From Azolla caroliniana (lineage: Eukaryota; Plantae; Polypodiophyta), in NCBI GenBank assembly GCA_043228905.1, contig JBHGNT010000137.1, forward strand, positions 4,995 to 68,994: a stretch of 64,000 nt of DNA. The letters are read 5' to 3'. Positions 12,313-25,200 of this stretch are shown here, piece after piece. Each line of letters opens with the position of its first letter. The stretch's first letter is position 1. The notes beneath the pieces were generated by a model. That model was not told where the DNA came from and did no database searches. It worked only from the letters and a program-made list of their open reading frames with translations. The translations under genes and the position numbers were made by a program.

Positions 12313-14093
12313 TAGAAGCATACATGTACATGAATCCATGATCAAAGCCCATCGAAGGATGTTGTCGTTAAGTAGCTGTGAAACTTTTATAAGTAATGGG
12401 GAATCACATAGTATGCTTTCATAAAGGTAGAAAATATATTCTATCAAGTTAGACTCATATATTTAATAATAGGACTTGAGATTCATGGTTAGCCACGGTC
12501 ACTCCATACTTTACAAGTATGCAAAAGTGGAATAGTTTAATGAATCTTTGAGGGACCCGAAGGTATTTGGTTTGATTTACTAGATAATAGATTCTTGAAG
12601 AGTGGTAATGTGGCAACCTGCATGGTAATTAATTTCACTCACAAGGGCAATGCATTTGTTGGGCTTGTTGTCAACTCATGTCAGGCTGAGAGATGTCATA
12701 ATCTCTCATCTTCCTTTATCTTCTTGCGTTATTAACTCGTCCCTTGACATAAACACCCAAGGAAAACAAAAAATGGTGCCTATTACACTCGGGGAAATGT
12801 TGCTAATCTAAATGTAGTACTCGGTAGGGAAAAAAAGTACTACTTTCCCCTTAGCCTAAACGTGACTTTATGTTTTGAAACAAGAGAAATTTCATGTTTA
12901 AGTCCCTTTGCATGTATGCAATGTGAATCTCCCTTATGCTTGGGGTAGCAAAACTCATTGTTGTAAGGTTGAATGAAAACCACAATTAGAAGAGGTTTGC
13001 ATGTCACCCAAGATTATATGATCCTTCATGTCAACATAACTGCAATATAAAAGAATTCATCACTACACAAAGAAGGCAATAATGATCGAGTTACCAACAC
13101 TTTGTGTAATACCAATTTGAAAAGAACCATCATTTTTCTTACTATTAGCAAGTTTGCTTCCTTTTATATCCTCCTCAACAAAGCTTCGGTGGGTCATTCT
13201 TGTTCGGAAATTGTAATAAAACCCCATGTGGCTTGTTTCGAGTTCGAATTAAATACAAGAGGGGGGAGGAAGGAGAGGTCAACATGCACAATCTCTATAG
13301 TTTAGAGCGATATTCAATTACAACTAAAACTGATTCGGTTTGTATGTAACAATCAACCACTAGGACAATTTGATACGTAGTGATGCCTTGCATAACAATA
13401 CTTTTTTATTCCTTGTGAGATGCAAATCACACACAAATTTGGTTGAGAATTATTTAGTGCTCGAGATTGGTAGGCGTGCATACAATTGAATTTCGTCATG
13501 GATGCCACACTAAATAATAAAAATCTATGGACGACTCCCTTAAAAACTCGTGACTTGATATAAACTATTGAATACACATAAGAGATCGAAGGAGAGATCA
13601 CGATGCACAACCCATTTGGTTTAGAATTATTTTCAAGTGTACCCAACATTGATTCAATTTCTATGGAACATCAACAAACAAGAATTGCAGAAAGATACAA
13701 TACTAGATAGTAATAAAAATTACCTTTAATCCTTCACGATTTCTAGATCACATACTATATCGTGAGGGATTGGTGGAGGTGTGTGTGTATAGTCTTGAAT
13801 GGTACAAATTGATATTCAATTACAACGAGCATCGATTTGTTTGTATACAATGGCAACTGAAAATTGGGGCATGGGAGTTGACATGTTATGGGTACCAACA
13901 ATTTTTTGTGGGGGGTTAAAGCATCATGAAAAAAAGATAAGTGATGCCAAAAGCATTCGGTGGAGGTGTGCACGACATCTCTGGTTTACAGAGCAAACAT
14001 TGGTAACAAAGCTCGACGTGTGGCAACGCCTTTTTATTTTTTAACTAAAGCGCAGGTGTGACGATTTGTCTTAGATGAGAAAAAGGATGAGTG

Positions 14094-14126
<33 letters not shown>

Positions 14127-14286
14127 TTGCTGGTGGTGGGTAGAACTTAGAAGATCTATCTATGGATGAGATAGATTGATATTGCTTCGAAGTGACGAAC
14201 GATGATGGAGAGGGGTTGGGGTGGGTGGGTGGGTGGGTTAATGGCTAGGGAACTAGGGTAAGCGAAGTCAATGCTTTTGAAGGCTT

Positions 14287-14470
14287 CATCAATTGGTGAA
14301 AGGCGGACATGTGATGGGAACTGGGGTTTGGGGACGAGTTACATAGGGGGGGGGGGACCGACACCACCCGACACCAAAAGGCTCCATCAATCGGCGAAAG
14401 GCGGACATGTGATGGGATCCCGGGGTGGGATCGGGGTTGGCAATGGGTCCTGTGGTCGACCGACACCAAA
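14287..14470. repeat. ~100 bp GC-rich tandem duplication
   Basis: CATCAATyGGyGAAAGGCGGACATGTGATGGGA..GGGGT and ACCGACACCAAA each occur twice, about 100 bp apart. Confidence 0.8.
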
Positions 14471-14486
14471 TACGGCGAAGAAGATG

Positions 14487-14830
14487 AAGAAGAAGAAGAA
14501 GAAGAAGAAGAAGAAGAAGAAGACCCATGATACCAACACCAAAGAAAGACAGAGACAGAGAGCTTCTTGGACCTTTTTTATATTTTGTCTTTTTCTTCCT
14601 CTGATCTGCTTTCTTCTTTCTTTCTTCTTTTCCTCTCTTTGTCTTTTCTTTTTTTTCTCCTTCTCTCTCTCTCTGCTTTCTTTGTCTGTGTCTGTGTCTG
14701 TGTCTGTGTCTGTGTTTGTCTTTCTCTTTCTCCGCCTCCGTGTCTGTGTTTTCTCTTTCTCTTTCTCTTTCTTTTCCTTCAATGGCTCTTCTTCCTCCTC
14801 CTCCTCCTCCTCCTCCCTTCCTCCTCCTCC
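14487..14830. repeat. Low-complexity tract: (GAA)n, (TGTCTG)n, CT-rich, (CCT)n
   Basis: Direct observation. It explains several spurious ORFs. Confidence 0.9.
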
Positions 14831-15347
14831 CAGAAGCATCACATACGCACTCCATGAATCTGCTATAAAACCACACGGAGAAGGCGTTGAGAAAAGATCG
14901 CCGCTCGAATGCAGGAGATTCGTGCTGTCAAATCCATCCTGTACAAGGAGCGCTTTCCTTTTTGTGTTTTAATTCCAGGCGCGCAGACAGGTAAGAATCA
15001 CATAACATAAATCCTGGGCTCCTTTAGCAAGAAAAGAGATTAGTAAGAACGAAAGAGGAAAGAAAACAATCATGATCGCCTGAGAGGAGAAGGCTCGGCT
15101 ATGGAAAACCAAGTGATTCCTATTCTTGTCCTCACAGAGAATCTTCAGATATTCTTTGGTAATACATCCCCCCCCCCCCCCCCCCCCATTTCCTTTGCTT
15201 GATCATGTAGAAAAAGCAAGTCCCTGATGCTTTTGAGATCATGTAAAGAGGAAATACACAGGCACGCATACCCTCTCCTTGCAACGAATGATGATGATGC
15301 ATCTCCTGCCGATCGACACAGGGTTTTCTGTGATATTATAAAACAGT

Positions 15348-16928
15348 ATGAGCTTCTCTGCAGAGACCATCTTTGAACCCCCAAACAAGCTCCCCCGTCT
15401 CTCCATATCCATCGGAGGACACCGCCATCCCTATCCCCATCATTATCATCACATAGCCTTGTCCTGCATTCATCATCACGATGTCTCAGTAGCCCTCCTG
15501 ACGAATGACGCCAGGGATTGTTCTGGGGATGGTCACTTCCAGTACCCATCTTCTCTCCTTGTTGTGGAAAGCGAGAAGGGAATCTGTATAAAGAGCAGCA
15601 CTGCTGAAATTAACAACATCAGGAGGAAGAGCAGCAGCGTAGCCAACATTATTGTGAACGACGATGCCTTCTCATCATCATCACCATCATCATCATCATC
15701 AAAATCTTCATCATCATCATCACCATCTTCTTCTTCCTCCTCGATTCTCTGCCAGACCATAAACCCCCCTACCCTGTCCCCGCCCCCGCCCTCGCCTCCG
15801 CTACATCTGGCTACCTTGCAATCCCATCTTTGGCCCCAACTGCCACAGGAGATAGTGGAGCACATCCTCGCCTTCCTGCCCATCCACACACTCTTCCGAT
15901 TCAGCACTGTATGCACATCGTGGCGCGCCCTTGTATTATCGCGCACATTCATGCAAAACCGAATCGTACTTCAAGCATCCTCCTCATTGTCATCAAGTGC
16001 CCTTCGTCATCATCACCACCGATATCATCAGAGAGCATACTTCCTCGCCCTCAATCGCTCGCGGTATCAACAACTCTCCTCTTACGAGGTCATCTCTAAC
16101 AGGTGGTACACCTTCCCCTTGGGTTTCTTGCCTTCGGTCGCGTACCCTGTGTGTGCGGCCGGTGGCCTGATCTGTTTCCTCAGCCCCAATTTCGACACGG
16201 GCTATACCAGCCTCATCGTGTGTAACCCAGTGACCAGGAAATGGAAGGAGCTACCGACGATGAATCACAACAGGGTGCCATTCTTGGTGTCCATGGTGGT
16301 GGACAAGGGAAGGATGAGCTACAAGGTTCTGGTGGCGGGGGGTGTGGAGGACTCGACGAGCCTCCACCATCACCGGAGGAGCACGGAGATGTATGATTCA
16401 GCTACGGGGGCGTGGGTGGAGTGCGGGTTGTTACCTCAAGGTGAGGAGATATGCCGAAGCATAGTGGAGTACCGGGGGTACTACGTGTGCCTAACGAGGG
16501 GGCCGGGTAGTGGGCTGCTAGCATTCAATGTGGAGAGCAAAGAATGGGTGAAGATGAGGACGGGCAAGATCCCGGGGTTCTCCAAGTTCCGGCACCTGGT
16601 CGAGTGCAGCGGGAACATCTTGGTGATTGGGAAGGCCCTGCGCCGGTACGTGCTGGGCCTCTACATTTGGTGCCTTGATCCCGGGACGCTGAGGTGGCGG
16701 GAGGTGGGGCGCATGCCACGTGCCATGTGCGACCGCTTCTTCACCTCACCCTCCGAATGCTTCTACTGCACCGCGCATGGCCACCTCATCTTCTTCTGCA
16801 GGTATTACTACAACCATGGCCTGGTCTACAATACCCTGGACAACACATGGCACCAAGTCTCCGGCTGCCCGCTCCTCACACACCCTCTCCTCCTGCCCTT
16901 TGATCCTGGCTTGGATCCTGTGGATTAA
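15348..16928 (+). CDS. F-box/kelch-repeat-type protein, single coding exon, 526 aa
   Basis: F-box LWPQLPQEIVEHILAFLPIHTLFRFSTVCTSWRALV. Propeller motifs AAGGLICF, IVCNPVTRKWKELP, YKVLVAG, EMYDSATGAW, LVECSGNILVI, WREVGRMP. Ser/Pro-rich N-terminus, so the true start codon is uncertain. Confidence 0.92.
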   Translation: MSFSAETIFEPPNKLPRLSISIGGHRHPYPHHYHHIALSCIHHHDVSVALLTNDARDCSGDGHFQYPSSLLVVESEKGICIKSSTAEINNIRRKSSSVANIIVNDDAFSSSSPSSSSSKSSSSSSPSSSSSSILCQTINPPTLSPPPPSPPLHLATLQSHLWPQLPQEIVEHILAFLPIHTLFRFSTVCTSWRALVLSRTFMQNRIVLQASSSLSSSALRHHHHRYHQRAYFLALNRSRYQQLSSYEVISNRWYTFPLGFLPSVAYPVCAAGGLICFLSPNFDTGYTSLIVCNPVTRKWKELPTMNHNRVPFLVSMVVDKGRMSYKVLVAGGVEDSTSLHHHRRSTEMYDSATGAWVECGLLPQGEEICRSIVEYRGYYVCLTRGPGSGLLAFNVESKEWVKMRTGKIPGFSKFRHLVECSGNILVIGKALRRYVLGLYIWCLDPGTLRWREVGRMPRAMCDRFFTSPSECFYCTAHGHLIFFCRYYYNHGLVYNTLDNTWHQVSGCPLLTHPLLLPFDPGLDPVD

Positions 16929-18449
16929 CAGTCACCGACAGTTCGGTTTGAACCAAACCGAACCACAAAACCGCGGCTTAACGGCTTTAACGGTTCGGTG
17001 CAGGTTCAAGTTCCGCGTGGATTGAAAAATGAAAACAAATCCCTCCTGGCTCCTCCTCCATAGGAGTGAGATGGGAAATGGGGAAAGCAAAAAAAACATA
17101 CATTCATTCATCAACAATAACTACTACTGCTACTACACACAAGAAGAAATTATGATTATTACACACCAATTAATTACACACTTTCTTTAATTGTTTTTAT
17201 TTTACTCAGATGAAATCAAACAGGAGAAGAGCCCCCCCTCTTCTCCCCCAATCAATCAAAAAACCCCTCATTTCTTCCTCCAAAGCTACACTAAGCTTGG
17301 GCATGTTTCCTCATGTATTATTTTTTAAATTTTTTTTTTTTACTTTTTAGCATTAAAAGAAACCATGCCCATCTTCCAAGCTTGGAAGGGCTTGGAATTT
17401 ATATGATGATTTCTGTTATACACCTTCCTTATTTCCTTATACATCATTATGGATTCAAAATAAGACATATAAACTGATCATATATGATGATTGAATTTTT
17501 CAAAAGGGCTTATTGTTATGTAAATATGCATACCTGATTCTTTTCAAATATTCGTTTCCTCATCAGGCTTTCTTTTTCTTGTCCAAGCTGTTCTGGCTTA
17601 ATAGTGATCCCAACGCCTTGTATGTACAAATTTGATAAGGAGTGATTTTTTCAATCAGATCATAATGAAGTTTGCTTTAGCTCACTTCTATGATTAAGTC
17701 TACTCTTCGTTCACTCTTTTATCGTGTTTGGTTGTTTCCAACCCCCCTTTTTCTTTAGGATAGGTAGATGCTGTTGAAATGACTACTCCTTTTGATACCC
17801 AATAACGTTCATGTGAACTCATACCATCATGATCTCTTTCTTGCGTCTTTCATAGTGTATTCATCGATAGGCTCATCCCATTACACCATATGGAATTCGG
17901 CTTATTTCTTTATTGTGAATTGTATGTAACTACCTTGGCCTTCTTCTCATGTTTTAGTCATGGCTAAATTAAGGGTAGGTTAAGGATACCAAGCCATGTT
18001 AGGTGGATGACAAATGACTTGTTCCAAGCATTGTCAAAGTGGAAAGGGGTCAAAAAAACTGAAGAGTAGATCAAGCATTAAGTTCAAACATGACAAGACA
18101 ATTGAAGAGGAAAGAGAAGTTAATCGGATGCTAAGAAATTTAAAAGAGAAGTGGGGAAAGTTGAGCCCTCGACACTATGCTGCTTTACAACTCAATTGTA
18201 TAGAAGTTTGCATTTAGATTTAAATCCAAAAAGGGCTCATAATCAGCTTACATGAGGTAATGAAGTAAAGAGATGAAAACGCCCATCATCACATGGAAAG
18301 TACTATGCTATCTAAACTTTTGCAAAAGCACAAAATAAACGAAGACACTATGAAATGTGACACAAACATAAATGATCAACACAACTTGGAAGTTGTGACA
18401 CTATCGTTAGCAATTAAGTTTCTATTTTTAATCATCTAAAAATTGATTT

Positions 18450-19350
18450 TGGGAAAGACGTCATGGTAGATGTATGCACTAATTCTGCATTGACTTGTTA
18501 CGAAGCAAGAGTTTGGGGTCTCAACTTGGTTGGAGCCCCTAAGTAAAGCAATCTCCAAGTGTATGGCATGCTAATGCATTGTACATGTGTATTAGTATAG
18601 TTGCTCACACATAATTGATGGCATTTAGGGGAATTGGTGAACAATCAAAGTCTAAGGTCTATTTGTTTCTCTTGCTAATTGATAATATCTTCAAAAGTGA
18701 CCATTGAGAAATCTATTGCAAATATAGTTATGCATTCAAGAACAATGTGAATCAATTTCAAGAACTTATGTTTCAAAACCACATATTGTTGAAAAATGGC
18801 TTGGACGGAATTGCTTGTAAGTTGTACCAATTTGTTGCTCATCCATCTAGTGACTATTGGAATTATTCCCAATTCAAGATTGCATGGAGAAATTAGGGAG
18901 AGCACGACTCTTGATGAATATGAAATTATCAAGTGGTGTGTTGAAACTAGTGCAATTGATGTTGCATGATTGTGATGTAAGAGTGTGGCATCTTCTCCTA
19001 TCTCCTCAACCCTTCTCCACTTCACAAGCTATACTAAACCTTTATAGGGCTTTAAAAAGGTTATGGTCACAATTTATGCTTGTGGCCTAAAAACATTTCA
19101 ATTCTTCTTTTTTGCTGACTCCTATTATCAAAAAATGGTTTGGGGAGAAAATAAGCCAGATTGAATCTATAAGAAATTAACCAAATGTTTTTCTAGCATA
19201 CATATATTATTTTATAGCTAATGGCATAAGAGAGGCCTATTTTGTTACATGTTGACCGATGTCCTTTGTTTGTATTATGGATATTCAAACTTGCTTTTAG
19301 GTGTACTTTATGTTTTTTATTTGATGGCATTAAGAAGCATTTAGCAAAGG
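18450..19350 (+). mobile_element. Possible highly degenerate non-LTR (LINE) remnant
   Basis: Fragments resemble the LINE ORF2 C-terminus (TCYEARVWG resembling LxYGxEVWG; ELFPI; FRCTL..GIK resembling the terminal Cys motif). No intact frame. Confidence 0.25.
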
Positions 19351-20512
19351 AGAAATTCATAACATCCATGAGATAGATGAAATGACTTATCTTGAGGCGG
19401 TTGGATAATGTTGAAGAAATCGGGTTTGATCACTATAAACAATATGTGAGAACAAGCATTAGCATTTATGCGGGATTGATCTTTTATTCACGACATGCAC
19501 TTCATTAGTGAGATTCTTGTTTCTTATAAGGTGTCATTAGATTGTTATTAACAATGACATTGTTTGGTTATGTTTTGAGTCCCACATGATGGCTAAATAT
19601 CAATCATCATATTCCAAAAGTACGATTATGACCCAAGTATAAAGCATATGATTTCCCACCACAAAGTAATCAGGTGCTATCTGAGACTGTGTTGGAACAA
19701 TATTCCTATCTCTTGCTTCTATTCTATGAAGCATCCTCAACAATTTTGGAGTGACCACTTTGTGACCAAATATTGTGACGTCATTGACCCTACCACAGAT
19801 TATTTCCATTGGCTTTTAGGTTAACCAATGGAGGATTTGGTGTCTTCTCTTGTTCTATAATTAGACACATGTTCCTCTTATTCTACTATCGCTTCAGAGC
19901 AACAATCTCGATGAATCATAAGTGAAGAAAACACAACCCACTTTCCTTTCCACTTTAAAGCAACAATCTCTTCATTTTGGAAATTGCTGAACAACATATG
20001 GAAGAAGAAAGCTCTTGATTTGGAAATGGGAAAAGAGCATGGAAGAAGAAATTTCCAGTTCAAAAGCAATGAAGAACCTCTTCATTTTGGCAAACGGAGA
20101 AAAGGGGGCTTTTCTTGGGAGAAGAATACGTACACCCTAGGGAGAGAGTTGCTGGACCATCATTCCAAGATGAATGGCTGCAAAACATGGTCATGACAAC
20201 GAATCTGGGAGGCAAGACGTGTGTCGAAAAGGCTATCATAGGTCGAAGGGGAGCATTGGGGGATTGACAATGTGTGTTTTGGGAGCACCCATCCCCCCTC
20301 CCCCCCAAAATCCTTCTCCTTTTCTCTAGCAGGCGGTGGTGTTGACGAGCCCGTGTAATTCATACACTAATTAGCAATACCAACGATGATACGATCCCGA
20401 GTTATCGAAGATGTAACCACATGAATGAATGAATGAATGAAATGAATGAATACATACATAATATAAGCACAAGGATATATCTTCTTCCTTCTTCTTTTTA
20501 GTTCTCTCCATA

Positions 20513-20549
<37 letters not shown>

Positions 20550-21027
20550 CAGAGACAGAGACAGAGACAGAGACAGAAAACACAGAAACTGAGGGAGCTC
20601 CCGTCTCTCAGCTGCTGCTCTCTGCACGACCCCCTCCTCCATCTCTTCCACGCATCGAGTAATCAATCGTACTTGGAATAATAAACCCTTGTCTGCAGGA
20701 TTCGCATCTCCCGGGTCCCCCCTTCCCCCTTCCCATCTTTGTTCCCCCCTTTTACTTCCCCTGCCTACAAGTGTGGCGCGCCTGCCGCCATCATTGCTGC
20801 TGCCATCTAATGCACATAGGTAAGCGAATTGCGTGAAGAATCAAATCTCTCTACCCTCTCTTTCTCTTTCCTGACAAGAAAATGTTCATGCCACTTAGTC
20901 ACCTGCTGGCTTATGGTCAGGGTGGATGCACATACATATATGCATTTGTTTATATAGATCTTTCGTTTTTTGTTTTTCTCTCCGTAGTACCTCTCCAAAG
21001 AGAAGAGAACAGATTTAGACGAGAAAG

Positions 21028-21276
21028 ATGCACAAGAACAAGCTGCAAGAGCTAGCTCAACGGAGGGGGCTGAACTTGCCCTCATATTCGTGCGTGCGCC
21101 AGGGTCCTGACCACGGCCCTCGCTTCCGGGCCACTGTATCCTTCAATGGTGAATCTTTCGAGAGCCCACATTTCTACAGCAGCCTAAGGCAAGCAGAACA
21201 TGCAGCTGCTGAGGTTGCCATCAATGTCTTGTCCAACACCGAAGGTCCCAACCAATCCCTCACCACACAAATTCTG
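21028..21276 (+). CDS. dsRNA-binding protein, DRB2/3/5-like, exon 1 (dsRBM1)
   Basis: MHKNKLQELAQ..NLPSYSC..GPDH.PRF.ATV.FNGE.FESP..LRQAEHAAAEVA. GT donor at 21277, phase 0. Confidence 0.93.
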
Positions 21277-21364
21277 GTATGATATATGCCCACCTGTACA
21301 TACATCACATCATCTTTTCTATATTTTCTTTTCTTAATAATAAATTTATTTAATCTTCTATTAG

Positions 21365-21584
21365 GATGAGACAGGTGTTTGCAAGAACATACTGCAAGAA
21401 ACAGCCCAAAAGGCAGGGATTAAGCTGCCTGTCTACTCTGTTGAGAGGTATGGTCCAGGGCATATGCCTGCCTTTGTGTCCATGGTGGAGCTGGCAGGGA
21501 TGAGCTTTGCTGGGGAGCCTGCAAAAAGCAAGAAACAGGCTGAGAAGAATGCTGCCATGGTAGCTTGGGCCTCTTTGAAGCAAC
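21365..21584 (+). CDS. DRB2/3/5-like, exon 2 (dsRBM2)
   Basis: TTAG acceptor. Translates DETGVCKNILQETAQKAGIKLPVYSVERYGPGHMPAFVSMVELAGMSFAGEPAKSKKQAEKNAAMVAWASLKQ. GTGAGT donor, phase 1. Confidence 0.93.
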
Positions 21585-21791
21585 GTGAGTAAAACAAACT
21601 TTTCTTGCTGTGCGAAATAAAATCACAGTCTTCTTTCTATCTTCTTAGAATGTACTAAATCGAATTCTCTTAAGAAACACAACACAACATAAATACTGAT
21701 ATCTGTTTAATGTGTGTTCTTAATATCTGTATTTATGTTTGAATTTCACAAGTTTAACAATTTTGAAATTCCAATACATATATCTCTGCCA

Positions 21792-22234
21792 TGTGAGAAA
21801 AGCTGTTAATAGCAACAACGGAACAGTTAGAACAAAATAGACACAGCCAAGCTGTGAGAAGGCTGTTATACAGCAGTAGAAAAAATGGTTGCAAAGAGTA
21901 GAGCTTGTTATTAAGTAGCAGCAAAAGTAAATGTCTTTACAAAAGAGGCTGGTAAAGCCGATTTATACAAAATTGGGGAAAGTGGGTGAAATTGTTGTTT
22001 GGTAGTGAAGTGACGCTTGTACTACCAAACAAGTGCAATAAACTAGGACTAAGAGGGAATATCTTGGAAAAAGTGGAAGAGAGAAAAAGCATTTAAAGCG
22101 TTGCAGATTCTAGACAAAGAAGGCATTTAAAGAGTTGTAGATTCTAGAGAGAAGAATCTAGGAAGAGAGAGAATTTAGAACAGAGATAATAAAGATGAAA
22201 GAGAGTGCAGGTTTGGAGTTGCCACCCTCCAACA
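21792..22234 (-). repeat. Copia 3' LTR
   Basis: About 96% identical by eye to 26190-26649. Confidence 0.95.
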
Positions 22235-25200
22235 CCTCCTCTCAGCTCTAGAATGGCGGTCCAACATTGAGTCGACCGAGGAGCTGATCAATGGCTTTCC
22301 TTGGAAGTGGCTTAGTAAATAAATTAGCCACATTTTCTTGAGTAGGGCAATATGCCAAGTTGATGACTTGTGATTTCACTAATTCACGAACAAAATGGTA
22401 GTGCACTTCGATATGTTTTGTTCTACCATGAAATGCTGAGCTATGTGTCGGTGAAAACTGCAATAGAAGAGTCACTTCCAATGTGAGAAAACAATTGCAT
22501 TACCATAGCAACTCACAGCAAGTATCCAAGGAGGCGCGATATTCAGCTTCTGTCGATGAAGTAAAAACTGAGTTTTGCTTCTTCGATTTCCAAGAAATCA
22601 AGCCTAAACCTAACATAAAACAATAGCCAAAGGTGGACCTTCTAGAATCAATATCACCAGCCCAATCAGCATTTGAGTAGCAAACAAGCTCAATGCTGCC
22701 TCTAAAAGACAGACCATAGTCGAGTGTGTTGGCCAAATACCGAAGAACTCGAATGGTTGCTTGCCAATGACTTTGTCTTGGAGCATTTGAGAATTGGCTG
22801 AGAATACTCACGCTATAGGACAAATCAGGCCTGGTGTAAGTTAAGTGAAGAAGGGACCCAATTAACCTTCTATATTTCGTGATATCTTCAAATATGGGAG
22901 AATTGTCTTCACGAGATAGCTTTGAGTTTGGATCCATTGGACAGGAGAGTGGCCTGCAATTTGACATGCTATAGGTCTCAAGGAGCTGCCTGAGATACCA
23001 TGACATCCATTTGAAAAATGGGCCATTTGTTATGAGTAGCAAGTGCAAGCGCACATGGAATAGAGGTGTACCTTGTTGTTGGAGCAAAATTTTCCTCGTA
23101 ATACACTCCGTTGACTTGTGAGTAGCCGTGTGCAACTAAACGTGCCTTGTGCTTATCCAAAGTACCATCAACATGGTACTTGGACTTGAAAATCCATTTC
23201 AGTCCAATGACTTGTCGATGTTGAGGCCGTGGAACTAGCTCCCATTTATGATTTCGCTCAATGGAATCAAGTTCAACTTCCATTGTTGGTTTCCACTTTG
23301 GAAGAACAAGGGCCTCTTTTGTTGTTGTGGGTTCTTGTGATTGCACAACAGTGCACAGTAAGGCAAAGTTGCATGAGTGAAGAGGCCGTTGTGACTTACA
23401 TGTTCTTTTCTTGTTGGTTGGAGGACCAAATGTATACTCATGAAGTTCAACATCGGAGAGATGAGAATCACGAATGGTGGCTTGAAACCACTTGGGAAGT
23501 GGTGGAAGCTGGTTTGTAGAGGGAGGGGAAACAAGTGGACTGGTTTGAATTGTTGGCGAAGTTAGAGATTGAGTAGGAGGAGATGGGGGGCTTGAAGGTG
23601 AGACATGTTCGTTTAAAATAGGAGATTCCGGAGGAGCTAGGATTTCAACCGTGAACTCAGGTAAAATCCTAGAGTCATCTGGCTGAGAATCCACAAAATG
23701 AACATCCCTAGAGATGACTAGGGACTTTGATTCTAAATCCCGTAACCTGTAGGCTTTAGATTGTGTGTTGTAACTAAGAAATTTGCATTTCTTGGTTTTG
23801 GACTCAAATTTAGTCCTTTTATGATCTGAAATGTGAACATAAGCATCACAACCAAATACTTTAAAATGAGTTACTGAGGGATTTACACCTGTAAATGCTT
23901 CTGTAGGGGTCATTGCAACAACTGCTTTTGTTGGGCAGTAGTTGATGATGTAGACTGCTGTGTTGACAGCTTCACCCCAAAACGAGAGAGGAAGATCAGA
24001 TTGAGATAGCATTGTACGAGCCATCTCTTGGACTGTCCGGTTCTTCCTTTCCACAACTCCATTTTGTTGAGGATTATTGGGTGTAGAATTGGCGAGCAAT
24101 GCCTCGTTGAGAACAGAAATGGTGGAAAGCTTCGGAGGTAAACTCTCCACCATTGTCCGACCTGATCTTTCAAAATTGCTTTGATGTATTATTCTCCACA
24201 AGAGCTACCCATTCTTGAAATTTTGTGAAGGCTTCAGATTTTTGTACAAGAAAATAAACCCAAACCTTGCGGGAGAAATCATCAATGATGAGCATAAAGT
24301 AGCGTGCACCACAAAGAGTAGTGGGTTTCATGGGACCACAAAGATCCATGTGCACTAACTCCAAGATAGATGTTGCATGGTGAGTGGATTCATGAGGGAA
24401 AGGCTCTCGATGTTGCTTGCGATGAAGACAAGCAACACATGGGGTATTGGGAGTTTTGAAAATAGGAAGACCCTCAACTAGTTGTGAAGAGGAGAGCTTT
24501 TGTATAGAATCGTAGTTGAGGTGACCAAACCTAGCATGCCACAACGTGTGATCTTCTTGTGCCACCAAGGCATGAGAACCTTGAAGAAGATGGAGAAGAT
24601 GAGATTTAGATTTTTCCAAGGGGCTATGGGAGCTTTTTAGGCGATATAAACCCCCTTCTTGTGTGCCACTAGCTACAATTTGTAGGTTGTTGGTGTCAAT
24701 GACTTCCAAAACTGAGCTATCAAAGTAGACTCCATAAGCTTGCTTAGTGATTCGGTAGACTGAAAGTAGGTTGGCAGAGATGTGAGGCACATGTAGCACA
24801 TCTTGAAGAATGGCAGGTTTGTCATTTGAAGAAGTGTTAAGAAACACATTACTCACACACGGAGCCTCAATGCTTGAGGCATCTTCTATGGAGATTTGGG
24901 AGGAGCTAGGCCTCACATCATGCAAAATGGATTTGTCATAAGTCATGTGTGTAGTGGCACCACTGTCTACTAACCACTCATCAATGGTTGAGGTAGTTGT
25001 TCCAGACAAATGTGAAGAATGTTCCTCAATGCCAAGGAAAACCGTTTCTTTGGCTGAGTGGACCGAGTTTGATTTTGGTGTAGGTTGACTTTTGGTTGAA
25101 GAAGATTTCTTGGCATTGTTCCTTTCCTTTTCTGACAGTTGGGCTGAATGTGACCTTTGTAGCCACAATAATGACAGGTAAGCTCCTTGTAGGTTGGGTT

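Noticed and set aside
8480-14100. Further TE remnants or genes in this AT-rich stretch (likewise 41300-44100 and 60000-61800)
   Set aside because: Probably old repeats, but I could not identify diagnostic motifs or termini by eye.
14271-14972. Overlapping ORFs of 96-233 aa with poly-K/E/F/S tracts
   Set aside because: Products of microsatellite and low-complexity sequence, with no domain.
16700-16719. miR394-type target site in the F-box gene (EVGRMP codons, GGAGGTGGGGCGCATGCCAC)
   Set aside because: About 5 differences from the miR394 complement, including the central cleavage positions. The similarity is explained by the protein motif.
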